Positions 1 to 11,468 of a DNA stretch of 64,000 bases are shown here, in pieces (position 1 is the stretch's first letter; each line of letters opens with the position of its first letter). The stretch comes from a bacterium (GTDB taxonomy: Bacteria; Myxococcota_A; UBA9160; SZUA-336). The position numbers and the translations under genes were made by a program. The DNA is taken from NCBI GenBank assembly GCA_041498295.1, contig JBGQIB010000003.1, forward strand, positions 2,220-66,219, read 5' to 3'. The notes beneath the pieces are model-generated. The model was not told where the DNA came from. It saw only the letters and a list, made by a program, of their open reading frames with translations, and did no database searches.

Positions 1-2
1 CG

Positions 3-1018
<1,016 letters not shown>

Positions 1019-1048
1019 CGCGCCTCACCCCAGGCTCGAGGCAGCGAC

Positions 1049-1477
1049 ATGAAGACTCCGCGCGACACGCGCGCGCGAGGCGCGAAGCCCGATACACGCG
1101 CGCTCGGCACGAAGCGCGATACACGCGCGCTCGGCAGATGGGGCGAGGACCTCGCGGCGGAGTATCTCGTGCGCGCCGGCTTCCGGATCCTGGCGCGCAA
1201 CGTGCACCTGCGCCACGCCGAGCTGGACTTGGTCGCGCTCGACCGGAGCGCGCTCGTCTTCGTCGAGGTGCGTCTGCGCAGCAGCGCGCGCTTCGGCAGC
1301 GCCGCGGAGTCCGTCGATGCGCGCAAGCGCCGGCGCATCGTCGCCGCGGCCGCGGAGCTGCTCGCGCGCGGAGGCCTGCCGCGCGCGCCGCGCATCCGCT
1401 TCGACGTGATCGCCGTCGACGCTGCTCGCGATCCGCCCGAGGTGACGCATTTCCGTGACGCCTTCACGGCTTCGTAG
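1049..1477 (+). CDS. yraN: YraN/UPF0102 family endonuclease-like protein
   Basis: GEDLAAEYL...ELDLVA...VFVEVR pattern typical of YraN. The N-terminus carries a K(P/R)DTRALG peptide repeat encoded by a 27-bp tandem repeat. Confidence 0.8.
   Translation: MKTPRDTRARGAKPDTRALGTKRDTRALGRWGEDLAAEYLVRAGFRILARNVHLRHAELDLVALDRSALVFVEVRLRSSARFGSAAESVDARKRRRIVAAAAELLARGGLPRAPRIRFDVIAVDAARDPPEVTHFRDAFTAS
1084..1137. repeat. 27-bp tandem direct repeat x2 (25/27 identical), with a degenerate third unit at 1057-1083
   Basis: GAAGCCCGATACACGCGCGCTCGGCAC (1084-1110) followed directly by GAAGCGCGATACACGCGCGCTCGGCAG (1111-1137). Confidence 0.9.
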
Positions 1478-1486
1478 CTGGCGCGG

Positions 1487-3418
1487 CTAGAGCGCCAGTG
1501 ACTTTCCGGCGTGCTCGCCGAACGGAGCCTCGCCGTTGCAGGCGTGCACGACCTGCACGACCGCGGACAAGCGCTTCAGTGCGCGCCCGAGCGCGCGCGC
1601 TTCGGAGTCGCCTCGGATCGGCAGGTCCGGCCCGACGAGCAAGGGCACGCGGCGCTCGCCGGCGAGCGCCTCGAGCAGCGCGAGCTGCGTCGCGAGGCAG
1701 ACGAGCGCGCGCTCGCGGTCGGGCAAGGCGGCGAAGAGCTGCTCCTCGCGCGACGCGCCGCGGAACACCCAGGAGCCGTCGTCGGCGCGCCGCCCGTTCG
1801 TCAGGGTCCCCGAGGTCAGCGCTCGGAGATACACCGACAGCACGGGGGCGACACGCGCGCGGATCTCCGCCTCGCTGCGCCCGAGCAAGCGCGCGGTCGC
1901 CTCGACGAACGCGCCCGGCCCGGTCGCGCTCTCGCTCTCGGGGAGTGACTCGCGCGGCGTGTCCGCGGCGGGGTCTTCCTTTTCGTCGAGATCCACCGCG
2001 GTGTCGGCCGCAGCGGGCGAAGCAGCGATCGCGAGCAGCGGCGGGAGCTCGGGCATCGGGATCTCGGCGGGCAACGCGAGCAGCGCGTCGCGCGCGGCGC
2101 GCACGGACGCGACGGCGTCGCCCTGCCCGCGTTCGCGTTCGAGCAGGGCGAGCTCTGCGCGCGCCGTCGTGGGATGCCGCACGCCGAGCTCCGCGAGCCG
2201 GCGCTTCTCGACTTCGGCGCGCTCGATCAACTCCGAGAAACGCACCGCGGCCGCGCACAGCGCTTCGACGGAGTCCATGCCGAGAGAGATCAAGAGTCCG
2301 CGGATCTGTGCACCCTCGGTCTCGAAGCGCCGCTCGGATCCGCGCTCGCGCACCCGCAGTGCGGCGAGCAACGCCTCGGATCTCGAAAGCTGAGCGCGCG
2401 CCGCGCGCGCCATGCCCAGCGCAGACAGGAGCGCGACCACGCCGAGCGCCGCGCACGCATAGCCGATCGGATTGCCGACCACGCCTGCGGCGGTGCCGGC
2501 GGCGCCGAGCGCGAGGCCGAGCCCGACGGGCACGATCTGCCGGCGCGGGGCGCCGCGCAAGCGCGCGCGCTCCGCGAGCACTTCCGCGCGCGTCTCGTCG
2601 ATCGCCCTGCGCTCGGTCTCGCGACTCGTGGCGAGCGCCCGAAAGTGCGCGACGCGTGCGTCGAAGTCGTCGATCACTTCCGCGAGCGCCGCATTCTTCT
2701 CGAGCTCCGCGAGCGTGCCCTTGTGCTCGCGCTCGAGCGCGGTGTACTCGGCGTCCGCCGCGCGCAGCGCATGCAGGCGCTCCTCGTTGCGCACGCGCCC
2801 GCTGCGCGCCGCGGCGAGCGCCTGCTCGAGAGTGGTCTCGCGCGTCCGCCGCTCCTGCGCGAGCGCGAGCGCGCGCTCCTCGTGCTCGCCGAGCAGGCGC
2901 GCGCGCTCGGCCACCCGTTCCAGCGCCTCGGCCGCGAGCTTCGGCGCCGGGGCCGGAGTCACTGCCGCTTCGCGCGCGACCTCGCGCCTGCGCATCGGCA
3001 GGAGCTCGTCGCCGCTCACCTCAGAGAACCCACACGTCTGCAGACGGCGGAAGTCCGCGGGCGGAGGCAGGCCGACGGCGAGCCCGTAGTCCTCGATCTC
3101 GCGCGGGTCGCTCGACAGCGCCTGATAGCCGCCGTCGCGCGCGTCCTGGCGCCCGAGGCTGATGCGCTGGCGCGCGAAGTCGGCGGCGATCACGTACGCA
3201 TCGCTGCGCAGCACGAGTGACAGCACCGCGCGCCCGCGCGAGTCGCGCTGCGCGATCGAATCGGTGCTTGGATAGAGCAGCGCTTGAATCAGCTCGATGA
3301 AACGACGCGCCAGCGGCGCGTCCGGAAAGCGCACCACGGTGTAGCCGGGATCGAGTCCGAGCGGATGATCCCCCGCCGGTGCCGAAAGGCCGCGAAGGTG
3401 GATCCCGTGGATCCTCAT
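1487..3418 (-). CDS. SMC/YhaN-like coiled-coil protein with degenerate ATPase head motifs and a central transmembrane hairpin
   Basis: 643-aa ORF. N-terminus [11 protein letters not shown]...[15 protein letters not shown] resembles an SMC/SbcC head, but the GKS/T P-loop is absent. Long Ala/Glu/Arg coiled-coil; hydrophobic hairpin at about aa 295-337 (nt 2408-2536). C-terminal LLVGPD Walker-B-like stretch. Start overlaps the rplS stop (ATGA at 3415-3418). Confidence 0.6.
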   Translation of the reverse strand: MRIHGIHLRGLSAPAGDHPLGLDPGYTVVRFPDAPLARRFIELIQALLYPSTDSIAQRDSRGRAVLSLVLRSDAYVIAADFARQRISLGRQDARDGGYQALSSDPREIEDYGLAVGLPPPADFRRLQTCGFSEVSGDELLPMRRREVAREAAVTPAPAPKLAAEALERVAERARLLGEHEERALALAQERRTRETTLEQALAAARSGRVRNEERLHALRAADAEYTALEREHKGTLAELEKNAALAEVIDDFDARVAHFRALATSRETERRAIDETRAEVLAERARLRGAPRRQIVPVGLGLALGAAGTAAGVVGNPIGYACAALGVVALLSALGMARAARAQLSRSEALLAALRVRERGSERRFETEGAQIRGLLISLGMDSVEALCAAAVRFSELIERAEVEKRRLAELGVRHPTTARAELALLERERGQGDAVASVRAARDALLALPAEIPMPELPPLLAIAASPAAADTAVDLDEKEDPAADTPRESLPESESATGPGAFVEATARLLGRSEAEIRARVAPVLSVYLRALTSGTLTNGRRADDGSWVFRGASREEQLFAALPDRERALVCLATQLALLEALAGERRVPLLVGPDLPIRGDSEARALGRALKRLSAVVQVVHACNGEAPFGEHAGKSLAL

Positions 3419-3819
3419 GCCTCGGGCGGCGTCTCTTCCTTAGCGTCCGGCTCGGAAGCCGCCGCGCCGGGTCCTGCGAAGACCTCGCGTTCCTTGATGC
3501 GCGCGGCCTTGCCGGAGAGATCGCGAAGATAGGTGAGTCGCGCACGGCGTACGCGGCCGCGCGCTTTCAGCTCGATCTTCGCGATCGTCGGCGAGTGGAG
3601 CGGGAAGATCCGCTCCACGCCGACGCCGTACGACATCTTGCGCACTACGAAGCTGCTCGATGCCCCCGCGCGCCGCCGCTGCAACACGACGCCCTCGAAG
3701 ATCTGCACGCGCTCTTTGTCACCCTCCACGATGCGCACGTGCACGCGCACCGTGTCGCCTGCGCGGAAGTCGGGAACGTCGCTGCGCTCTTTGGGGTCGA
3801 GCTCCGAGAACTGTCTCAT
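3415..3819 (-). CDS. rplS: 50S ribosomal protein L19
   Basis: [29 protein letters not shown]...RRARLTYLR is the canonical L19 sequence. Confidence 0.95.
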   Translation of the reverse strand: MRQFSELDPKERSDVPDFRAGDTVRVHVRIVEGDKERVQIFEGVVLQRRRAGASSSFVVRKMSYGVGVERIFPLHSPTIAKIELKARGRVRRARLTYLRDLSGKAARIKEREVFAGPGAAASEPDAKEETPPEA

Positions 3820-4514
3820 CGCTTCACTCCATTCGATACGAGAAGATCCGGGCGCCGCTCGCGTGTGACTCGGTCGGCTTCGCTCTCGCGCCAGCGCGCG
3901 ATCTCGGCGTGGTCGCCGGAGAGCAGGACATCGGGCACGGACAGGCCGCGGAACTCGCGCGGCCGCGTAAACAACGGATGCTCCAGGGCGCCCGCCGAGA
4001 ACGAGTCCGCCTCGGCGGAGATTGGATTTCCCACCACTCCCGGAATCAGCCGGGTCACCGCTTCCGTCACCACCAAGGCCGCGAGCTCTCCCCCCGCGAG
4101 CACATAGTCTCCGATCGAGAGCGGCTCCGCACCCGTGAGCGCAAAAATCCGGTCATCGAAGCCCGCATAGCGGCCGGCGAGCAGGATCACCTGGCGCTCC
4201 GCGGCGAGCTCGCGCGCCAGCGCCTGATCGAAGCGCCGTCCGCGCGGGCAGAGCGCGAGCACGCGCGCGCTGGGCCCCTTCAGAGCCTCGACCGCTGCGA
4301 CCACCGGCTCGCAGCGCAGCACCATGCCGTCGCCGCCGCCGTACGGCGAGTCGTCGACGCTGTGGTGTCGGTCGGTCGCGAAGCTGCGCAGATCGGTGAT
4401 CCGCACGTCGATGCGGCCGTCGTGCCGGGCCTGGCCGAGCAGCGAGCCGGAGAGGAAGTGCTCGACGAGCTCCGGGAAGATCGTGACGACGTCGATGCGC
4501 GGCCCGGCGCTCAT
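3816..4514 (-). CDS. trmD: tRNA (guanine37-N1)-methyltransferase
   Basis: [25 protein letters not shown] and GRYAGFDDR motifs. Start chosen at the ATG overlapping the rimM stop (ATGA 4511-4514) rather than the upstream ATG at 4556. Confidence 0.93.
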   Translation of the reverse strand: MSAGPRIDVVTIFPELVEHFLSGSLLGQARHDGRIDVRITDLRSFATDRHHSVDDSPYGGGDGMVLRCEPVVAAVEALKGPSARVLALCPRGRRFDQALARELAAERQVILLAGRYAGFDDRIFALTGAEPLSIGDYVLAGGELAALVVTEAVTRLIPGVVGNPISAEADSFSAGALEHPLFTRPREFRGLSVPDVLLSGDHAEIARWRESEADRVTRERRPDLLVSNGVKR

Positions 4515-5098
4515 CGCCCGGCCTCCGCGAGCAGCTCGCGCGGCGGATCGAGCCATAGCTCGCCGCGTTCGCGATCGAGTCGAACGATCAGGCCCGCGGT
4601 CGCGGGTAGGAGCAGATCCGGCCCCTCGCCGCGCAGCACGAGCACATCGAGCGCCGCGGTCGGCACGATTTCGGCTAGCGTTCCGAGGCTCTCGCCGTCG
4701 CGGTCGAGCGCGCGCAGGCCGATCAACTCGCGCCAGTAGAACTCGCCCTCGGGAAGAGCCGCGAGCTCACTCGCTGGGATCAACACGCCCGCGCCCGTGA
4801 ACTGGGCCGCGCGCTCGCGCGTGCCCAGGCCGACCAGGTGGAGGCGGATGCGCGCGCGGCCGCCCGGTCCCTCGCCCGCCTGCTCGGCGCTCGCCACGCG
4901 GAACGGGATGGTCCCGGGGGTGCCCGCGAGGCGGAGGCTCCTTGCGGCGATCAGATTTGCGGGGTCGTCGCTATGCAGGCCGACCAGCAGACAGCCGTCG
5001 AGGCCGTGGGGACGAAGCACTCGGCCGAGCTCGACCCAGTCTCGATCCGCCTGGCCTTTCGGCGCTGCGGTCTGGTTCGCGGGTCGAGTCGCCTCCAA
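4511..5098 (-). CDS. rimM: 16S rRNA processing protein RimM
   Basis: WVELGRVLRPHGLDG N-terminal PRC-barrel family pattern, plus conserved position between the KH protein and trmD. Confidence 0.88.
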   Translation of the reverse strand: MEATRPANQTAAPKGQADRDWVELGRVLRPHGLDGCLLVGLHSDDPANLIAARSLRLAGTPGTIPFRVASAEQAGEGPGGRARIRLHLVGLGTRERAAQFTGAGVLIPASELAALPEGEFYWRELIGLRALDRDGESLGTLAEIVPTAALDVLVLRGEGPDLLLPATAGLIVRLDRERGELWLDPPRELLAEAGR

Positions 5099-5105
5099 GG
5101 CTCAC

Positions 5106-5369
5106 TCACTCCTGGTCGCCCTCGTCGTCGTCCTCGAAGTCGTCCTCGTAGTCCTCGCCGTGCCCGGCGATGTCGACGTCCCATCCGTCTCCGGCTGCGG
5201 CCAACAAGGTTCGAATCGCCTTCGCGGTTTTACCGCGGCGGCCGATGATCTTGCCGACGTCCTCGGGTGCGAGCCGAAGCTCGAGCACATGGTCGTCGGC
5301 CGCGTGAACCTCGACCTCTTCCGGCTCGTCGGCCAGGGTTCGCGCGATGAACTCGACGAGCTCCTTCAC
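5106..5369 (-). CDS. KH-domain RNA-binding protein (UPF0109/YlqC-like)
   Basis: [26 protein letters not shown] motif; acidic tail; canonical position between rpsP and rimM. Confidence 0.85.
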   Translation of the reverse strand: MKELVEFIARTLADEPEEVEVHAADDHVLELRLAPEDVGKIIGRRGKTAKAIRTLLAAAGDGWDVDIAGHGEDYEDDFEDDDEGDQE

Positions 5370-5376
5370 GGCGACC

Positions 5377-5634
5377 CTACGCGGTCGGCGACGCGGCGGC
5401 CGCGCGCTTGTGCCGGAGAATCAACGTCCGGACCGTGTCCGAGACCTGCGCACCCTGCTCGACCCACCTCTCGAGCGCTGTCGCGGAGTACTGGATCCCG
5501 CCGGTGCCGCGCGGGTCGTAGGTGCCGAGCAGCTCGAGCACTCGGCCCTGGCGCTTCTTGCGCTGGTCCATCACGACGATGCGATACGACGGCTTGCCGC
5601 GCGCGCCGGTGCGATAGAGGCGAACTTTGACCAT
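5377..5634 (-). CDS. rpsP: 30S ribosomal protein S16
   Basis: [23 protein letters not shown]...YDP is canonical S16. Confidence 0.95.
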   Translation of the reverse strand: MVKVRLYRTGARGKPSYRIVVMDQRKKRQGRVLELLGTYDPRGTGGIQYSATALERWVEQGAQVSDTVRTLILRHKRAAAASPTA

Positions 5635-5687
5635 ATGGAATCCTTCCGCCGGGACCCGAAAGCGGTCCGGCCGAGCGAGGCGGCAAG

Positions 5688-5885
5688 CTATAAGGGGTCG
5701 CGGCTCGAGTCAACGGCGATCGCGCGCGCCTCTTCCTTGCGCCGCGAACAGGCGTCGCACGCGTAGCGGACGACGTGCCGCTGACCGAGCCGGTCGTAGC
5801 CCTGGTCGAGCGCGACGCGCCGCACGCGCTCGGTCTCCGCGCCGCAGAAGTCGCAGCGCAGCGTAATGGGTTTCCGCTTCGCCAT
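5688..5885 (-). CDS. small zinc-ribbon protein (CxxC...CxxC), hypothetical
   Basis: MAKRKPITLRCDFCG...YACDACS has two CxxC pairs. Start taken at the second ATG. Function unknown. Confidence 0.5.
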   Translation of the reverse strand: MAKRKPITLRCDFCGAETERVRRVALDQGYDRLGQRHVVRYACDACSRRKEEARAIAVDSSRDPL

Positions 5886-5924
5886 ATCGAGCAGCGAAGG
5901 TAGCACGTCAGTTAGGATGGAGAT

Positions 5925-6284
5925 GTGGAGCGACGCGAGACTCGCAGACCCGCGGCAGTTGGAGCCCGCAGTGCGCCGGGGCGACGGCGCGGCCCGACCG
6001 AGTCTCTGGCGGCGCTGCTACCCAAGTTGCTCGACGAGGTCGGTCTGGGCGCGACCGCGAAGGCCGTACAGGTAATCCGCGCCTGGGACGAAGCGCTCGG
6101 CCCCGAGTTCCGCAGCCACTGCCGGCCGGACGGGGTGCGCAACGGCGTGATCCATGCGCGCGTCCGCGACTCGGCCTGGATGCAGCGTCTGCAGCTCGAG
6201 AAGCCGCGCATCTTCGCGCGCCTGCGCGGCCTGCTCGGCGACGCCGCGCCGTCCGAGCTGCGCCTGCGGATCGGGCCGCTCTAG
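5925..6284 (+). CDS. DUF721 (DciA-like) protein
   Basis: IRAWDEALGPEF...GVIHARVRDSAWMQRLQLEKPRI pattern typical of DUF721. GTG start. Confidence 0.7.
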   Translation: MERRETRRPAAVGARSAPGRRRGPTESLAALLPKLLDEVGLGATAKAVQVIRAWDEALGPEFRSHCRPDGVRNGVIHARVRDSAWMQRLQLEKPRIFARLRGLLGDAAPSELRLRIGPL

Positions 6285-6346
6285 TCCGCTCGCCAATCCG
6301 GGCGCGCATGCAGAAGCGAGGCCCGCCGCCCGCCGACGCGGGGTCG

Positions 6347-7559
6347 ATGAGCGCCAAGCCTGCTGCGTCGCCCCTCTCCGGATTCGTCGAGGAGCTCGAT
6401 CTGCACGTGCGCGCGCGCTATCCGCTGCTCTATCTCGCCACCTGGGAAGAGCACCGCCTCGACGAGGTACTCGCCCGCCTGGCCGACTCACACGGGAAGT
6501 CTCTGGTCACGTGGTCGATCACGCAGGGTCTGCGCCGGCGCGACGCGCGCGGCGGCGCTCCCGTCGAGGGACCGAAGGATCCAGCCGAAGCGCTCGCCGC
6601 GGTCGCGCAGCTCACGGAGCCGAGCCTGGTCGTCTTCAAGGACTTCCATGCCTATCTCAACGACCCCTTAGTCGTGCGCGCGCTGCGCGAACTGGCACAG
6701 CAGCTGAAGAGCTCCTACACGACGCTGATTCTCGTCTCGCCGGTGGTGAACATCCCCACCGAGCTCGAGAAGGAAATCTGCGTGCTCGACGTTCCGCTGC
6801 CCTCGACTCACGGCCTCGGCGTCCTGCTGCGCGACATCGTGCACGTGGTGCGCGAGGGCAGGCGCGCGACCGTCGACCTCAACAACGAGACGGTCGAGCC
6901 GCTGCTCAAGGCGGCGCTCGGACTCACTCTATCCGAGGCCGAGAACGCCTTTGCGAAGGCGATCGCGAAGGACCAGAAGCTCGATAGTCGCCCCGGCGGT
7001 GCTCTGGGTGGACGAGCTCGAGAAGGGCCTCGCCGGCGTCGGTGGGTCGGGCAACATGGACAGCGGTGTCTCGGCGCGCGTGTTCGGCTGCTTCCTCACC
7101 TGGCTGCAGGAGAAGACCGCACCGGTCTTCGTCGTCGCGACCGCGAACAAGATCGAGGCGCTGCCAGCCGAGCTCCTGCGCAAGGGACGCTTCGACGAGA
7201 TCTTCTTCATCGACCTGCCGAGTGACAGCGAACGGCGTCAGATCTTCGCCATTCAGCTCGCGCGCGCGAAGCGCGACCCCAAAGCGTTCGGCCTGGCCGA
7301 GCTCGCGAAGGCCGCGACGAGCTTCAGCGGCGCGGAGATCGAGCAGACGATCGTCGCGGGTCTCTTCAGCGCGTACGCCGACGGCGTCGAGCTCGAGCAG
7401 CAACACCTCCTCGACGCGATCGCTGAGACCCTACCGCTCGCGGTGACCATGAAGGAAGATATCGATCGCCTGCGCGAGTGGGCACGCACGCGCACGCGGC
7501 CCGCGTCGGCCGACCACGCCGCCGAGCGCCCGCAGCCGCTCGCGTCGCGCTCCGGCTGA
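6347..7559 (+). pseudogene. AAA+ ATPase disrupted by an out-of-frame internal deletion that removes the Walker A region
   Basis: Frame A (6308-7225) gives an N-domain ending ...[14 protein letters not shown]. Frame B (6951-7559) resumes at [14 protein letters not shown] (Walker B), followed by [22 protein letters not shown] and SGAEIEQ. No GxxGxGK(S/T) in either frame. Junction at about 6984-6992. Confidence 0.7.
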
Positions 7560-7562
7560 GCC

Positions 7563-8174
7563 ATGGGCGCCTTCGACCGCTTCCGCAAGCTCGAGCGAGC
7601 GCGCCCCGACCGCGCCGGCCCGCCGTCGACGACGGACGGGGTCGCAGAGCGCTTCGGCCAGCCCGAGATGCCGAGTGACCCGGCCGAGGCGGCGCCGCTG
7701 AACTGCGGGAAGTGCGGCGGCGACAATCCCGCGCGCAGCGAGACCTGCTTCAGCTGCGGCGCCGAGCTCGACACGCCTGAGATGCGGGCGCACCAAGACG
7801 AGTATCGCGTGAGACACGTCGCGGCGCAGCAGAAAGCGCTCGCGATGCGGGAGGCGCGGCGCCACGAGGTCGAGGCGAAGGCGCTGCACGAGCTCGAGCG
7901 GCGGCGCAGTGCGGCGAGCCAACCCGGGGAGCCCACGTGGGGTCAGTCGAACGACGCCTGGCCGGCGCAAATGCCGCTCGTCTGGCTGCTGCGCGCGAGC
8001 GCGAAGGTCCCCGATCCGTGGCTGCGCCTCGGACTGCAGATCGCGATCGTCGGCGGCTTCGTGGCGCTGGCCGGCTACGGCCTCTCCAGCCCGAATCGAT
8101 ACGGACTGTTGGTGCTGGTCGCGATCCTGCTCGGGGGTGGCGCGGGGCGGCGCTACCGGCGCTGGTGGTGGTGA
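7563..8174 (+). CDS. zinc-ribbon membrane protein, hypothetical
   Basis: CGKCGG...CFSCG zinc ribbon, charged coiled segment and two C-terminal hydrophobic helices. Confidence 0.6.
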   Translation: MGAFDRFRKLERARPDRAGPPSTTDGVAERFGQPEMPSDPAEAAPLNCGKCGGDNPARSETCFSCGAELDTPEMRAHQDEYRVRHVAAQQKALAMREARRHEVEAKALHELERRRSAASQPGEPTWGQSNDAWPAQMPLVWLLRASAKVPDPWLRLGLQIAIVGGFVALAGYGLSSPNRYGLLVLVAILLGGGAGRRYRRWWW

Positions 8175-8382
8175 CGCGAAGATGTCCCAGTCACCAGCCG
8201 TGCGCGCGAACCCTTCCGTCGGGCGCGAGCTCGAGCGCGATGCGCCGCAGCTCCTCTCCCGGCCGAGGCAGCTCGATGCCCGGCGCATAGCGGTCGCTCA
8301 AGAAGTGGAAGCGCTGGTTCGCGCCGACGCGAAGCTCTACCGCGCTCCTATCGGAGCCGCGCTGGCCGAACCCGAGCGCGAG

Positions 8383-8982
8383 TCAGCCCCGCTCCGCCAC
8401 CGTGCGGAGCGCGGCGAAGTCGAGGTCGCCCACGCGTAGGAGCCGAAGCGCGCCGTCCGCGGCGACGCCCACGACGGTCGAGGGAGCGAGCCCGGACGCC
8501 GGCTCGCCGCCGAGGATCGCGAGCTCTTTCCCGAAGCGAGCCTCGACAGCGGCGGCGGTCGCGCACGGGGGCTCGCCGCTCCGGTTGCAGCTCGTCGAGA
8601 CGACCGGCCCGGGCGCGGCACGCGCGAGCGCCGCGGCGCTCGGCTGCGGCGAACAGCGGAAGCCCACACCGAGCGGTGTCGCCACGGGGGCGAACACGGG
8701 GTCGGCGACCGGGACGACGAGCGTGAGCGGTCCCGGCCAGAAACGCGCCGCGAGCCGCGACGCCGCAGCGGGCAACCCGGGCGAAATCCGCGAGAGCTCG
8801 GCCGCATCGCGGATCAATAGGGACAGGCCGCGCTCCGCGGAGCGCCCCTTCGCCGCAAGCAGGCGTGCGAGCGCGCCTGCTTGGAACGCATCCGCGCCCA
8901 GCGCGTACACAGTCTCGGTCGGGTACGCCACGAGCTCACCGCGCGCGAGGAGCGCGACTGCCTGCGCCAGAGACACGATCAC
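8383..8982 (-). CDS. tsaC: L-threonylcarbamoyladenylate synthase (YrdC/TsaC family)
   Basis: YPTETVYALGADA, WPGPLTLV and STSCNRSGEPP motifs of the YrdC domain. Confidence 0.85.
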   Translation of the reverse strand: MIVSLAQAVALLARGELVAYPTETVYALGADAFQAGALARLLAAKGRSAERGLSLLIRDAAELSRISPGLPAAASRLAARFWPGPLTLVVPVADPVFAPVATPLGVGFRCSPQPSAAALARAAPGPVVSTSCNRSGEPPCATAAAVEARFGKELAILGGEPASGLAPSTVVGVAADGALRLLRVGDLDFAALRTVAERG

Positions 8983-10250
8983 GGCAGCGGCTGGGCGATG
9001 TCACCGCGCCAGTGCGCGCCCTCGAACTCGATGGCCCGCACCAGCTCGTAGGCGCGCGCTCGCGCCGCCGCGAGATCGCGACCGCGCGCAGTCACGCCGA
9101 GTACCCGCCCGCCGGCGGTCTCCCAGCCACCTCCAGCAGCGCGGCGCGTTCCGGAGTGAAACACTTTTGCGTCGGGCAGCGCCGCGAGCGCCTCGAGGCC
9201 GCGGATCGCGCGACCGGTCGCGAACGCGCGCGGGTAGCCGCCGCTGGTCATCACGACGCAGACCGTCGGATCGCCCACGCGCAGAGCCGGTGCCTCGGCC
9301 GGCAGGCGTCCTTCCGCCGCGCCGACCAAGAGCGGCACCAAGTCCGACTCGAGACGGAACAAGAGCGGCTGTGTCTCGGGATCGCCGAAGCGCACGTTGT
9401 ACTCGATCACATGCGGGCGCCCCTTCGCGATCATGAGGCCGACGTAGAGCACGCCGCGGAATGGCCGGCCCTCCGCGCGCATTCCGTCCACCGTCGGCTG
9501 TACGATGCGCGCGACGATCTCGCGCTCGAGCGCCGCGTCGATCGGTGCGGCTGGGCAGTACGCGCCGATGCCGCCCGTGTTCTCGCCGCGATCACCGTCG
9601 AGCGCGCGCTTGTGGTCTTGCGCGTGGCCGAGCACCACGAAGCGCTCGCCGTCGCAGAGCGCGTAGAAGCTCGCCTCGGGACCGACGAGTCTCTCCTCGA
9701 TCACGACTGTCTCGCCGGAGTCACCGAAGCGGCGCTCGCGCATGATCTCGCGAATCGCGACGAGCGCCTCCGCAACGTCGTCGCAAACGGTCACGCCCTT
9801 ACCCGCCGCGAGCCCATCCGCCTTGACGACACACGGCCCGCCCCGGGCGCGCACATAGGCCTCCGCGGCATCGGCGGAGGCGAAGCTCGCGTAGGCCGCC
9901 GTCGGAATCCCGTGTCTCGCCATGAACTCCTTCGCGAAGCGCTTGCTGCCCTCGAGCTGCGCGGCCGCGGCGCTCGGGCCGAACACCGCGACTCCCGCCT
10001 CGCTGAGTCGATCCGCGACGCCGGCGACCAACGGATCCTCCGGCCCGATCACGACGAACGAGACACTCTCGCGCTTCACGAGCTCGAGCACGGCGCGCGC
10101 ATCGCGCGGATCGACGGCCAGCACGCGCGCGTCGAGCGCGATGCCGTCGCTGCCCGGCGCGCACAGGACTTCGTCGACGAGGGGGCTCTTGCCGATCGCC
10201 CAGGCGAGCGCGTGCTCGCGACCCCCGGAGCCCAACACCAGAACGCGCAT
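8979..10250 (-). CDS. purD: phosphoribosylamine--glycine ligase
   Basis: [17 protein letters not shown] start at the internal ATG (10250). ATP-grasp motifs throughout. The Arg-rich extension upstream of it is judged non-coding. Confidence 0.93.
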   Translation of the reverse strand: MRVLVLGSGGREHALAWAIGKSPLVDEVLCAPGSDGIALDARVLAVDPRDARAVLELVKRESVSFVVIGPEDPLVAGVADRLSEAGVAVFGPSAAAAQLEGSKRFAKEFMARHGIPTAAYASFASADAAEAYVRARGGPCVVKADGLAAGKGVTVCDDVAEALVAIREIMRERRFGDSGETVVIEERLVGPEASFYALCDGERFVVLGHAQDHKRALDGDRGENTGGIGAYCPAAPIDAALEREIVARIVQPTVDGMRAEGRPFRGVLYVGLMIAKGRPHVIEYNVRFGDPETQPLLFRLESDLVPLLVGAAEGRLPAEAPALRVGDPTVCVVMTSGGYPRAFATGRAIRGLEALAALPDAKVFHSGTRRAAGGGWETAGGRVLGVTARGRDLAAARARAYELVRAIEFEGAHWRGDIAQPLP

Positions 10251-10297
10251 CCCGCCCTCCCCCGCGCGGGCCCGTCTACGCTCGGCCGGGCGCGCGG

Positions 10298-11437
10298 TCA
10301 AGTGGCGAGCCGGGGAACCCGCGGTCCGATGCGCGCGAGCACCTCGTACGAGATCGTGCCGACGGCGCGCGCGAGATCCTCGACCGGAACGTCCAGCCCG
10401 TCGCGCCGGCCGAACACGAGCGCGACGTCGCCGGGCGCGCTCGGGTCGTCGGGCGGAACCGCGACGGTCGCGAGGTCGCAAGACACGCGACCGACGAGCG
10501 GCGCGCGCCGACCGCGCACGCCGACCGCCACGCGCCCGCCGGCGGCGCGCGGCAGTCCGTCGGCGTAGCCGATCGCGAGCGTCAGAATGCGCGTGCGCTC
10601 CGCGGCGCGAAACTCACCGGCATACCCGATCGGTGTTCCGGCGGCGACGGTCTTCGCGTGCACGACGCGCGCGCAGAGACTCATCACCGGCTCGCCCGCG
10701 TGACCGCCCTCGAGCGTCGGATCGACTCCATAGAGCGCGATCCCCGGCCGGATCGCATTGCAGCCGTCGGTCGTCCCGCGCGCGACACCCGCGGAATTGT
10801 CCATGTGGATCCAGTCGGGTGCGAAGCCCAGGGCGCGGACTCGGGCGGCGAGCTCGCCGAAGAGCTTGCGCTGGCGGCCGGTCTCGGGCGACGCCGCGTC
10901 GTCCGCGCACGCCAAGTGACTCATGACTCCTGAGAGACGCGCACTCTTGGCGCGCTCGACGCGCGCGAAAAACGCGGTCAGATCGTCGGGCAGAACGCCG
11001 AGCCGACCCATTCCTGTGTCGAGCTCGACCTGGAAGCGGCACCCGCGGCCAGCGCGCGCGGCGGCGGCCTCGAGCCAGTCGAGCGCCTCGACCCGCGAGA
11101 CCACCGGCTCGACGTCGAGCGAGAGCGCGGCGTCGGCATCGGCGGGGCTCTGCACGCCGCCGAGCACGAGCACGGGCGCCGCGATGCCCGCGGCCCGCAG
11201 CTCCGCCGCTTCCTCGACGCTGATCACCGCGAAGGCGTCGCAGCCCGCCGCGACGAGCGCGCGCGCCACGAGCACCGCCCCGTGCCCGTAGCCGTTCGCT
11301 TTCACCACCGCGATCACGCGCTTGCCCATCGCGCGCGCGCGGATCGCGCGGTAGTTGCGCGCCAGCGCACCGAGGTCGATCTCGGCCCACGCTCGACCTC
11401 GCGCTTCGCTCTGCGCAGCCTCCCCCACGCGCTTCAA
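10298..11437 (-). CDS. alr: alanine racemase
   Basis: [14 protein letters not shown]-lysine motif and full-length racemase pattern. Confidence 0.9.
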   Translation of the reverse strand: MKRVGEAAQSEARGRAWAEIDLGALARNYRAIRARAMGKRVIAVVKANGYGHGAVLVARALVAAGCDAFAVISVEEAAELRAAGIAAPVLVLGGVQSPADADAALSLDVEPVVSRVEALDWLEAAAARAGRGCRFQVELDTGMGRLGVLPDDLTAFFARVERAKSARLSGVMSHLACADDAASPETGRQRKLFGELAARVRALGFAPDWIHMDNSAGVARGTTDGCNAIRPGIALYGVDPTLEGGHAGEPVMSLCARVVHAKTVAAGTPIGYAGEFRAAERTRILTLAIGYADGLPRAAGGRVAVGVRGRRAPLVGRVSCDLATVAVPPDDPSAPGDVALVFGRRDGLDVPVEDLARAVGTISYEVLARIGPRVPRLAT

Positions 11438-11468
11438 TCTAGGGGAGCTTTCGGCTAACGTCCCGCGC

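Noticed and set aside
5635-5687. Imperfect hairpin (CCGGACCGC...GGGTCCCGG) between the zinc-ribbon gene and rpsP, considered as an attenuator or ribosomal leader.
   Set aside because: Bulged 7-8-bp stem with no recognisable conserved leader motif. It could equally be a weak terminator, and support is insufficient.
10251-10481. 77-codon N-terminal extension of purD. Analogous extensions occur on trmD (4515-4556), the cyclase (54474-54947), the HSL esterase (36060-36176), the PTE-like gene (57704-57769) and the immunity candidate (45503-45649).
   Set aside because: The extensions are Arg-rich or lack homology-like character. Conserved N-termini begin at internal ATGs, several of them preceded by GGAGG-type sites or overlapping the upstream stop.
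11438-11468. TPP riboswitch upstream of thiS.
   Set aside because: Only about 30 bp lie between the alr and thiS starts, too short for the roughly 100-nt THI element. No conserved CUGAGA box was seen.
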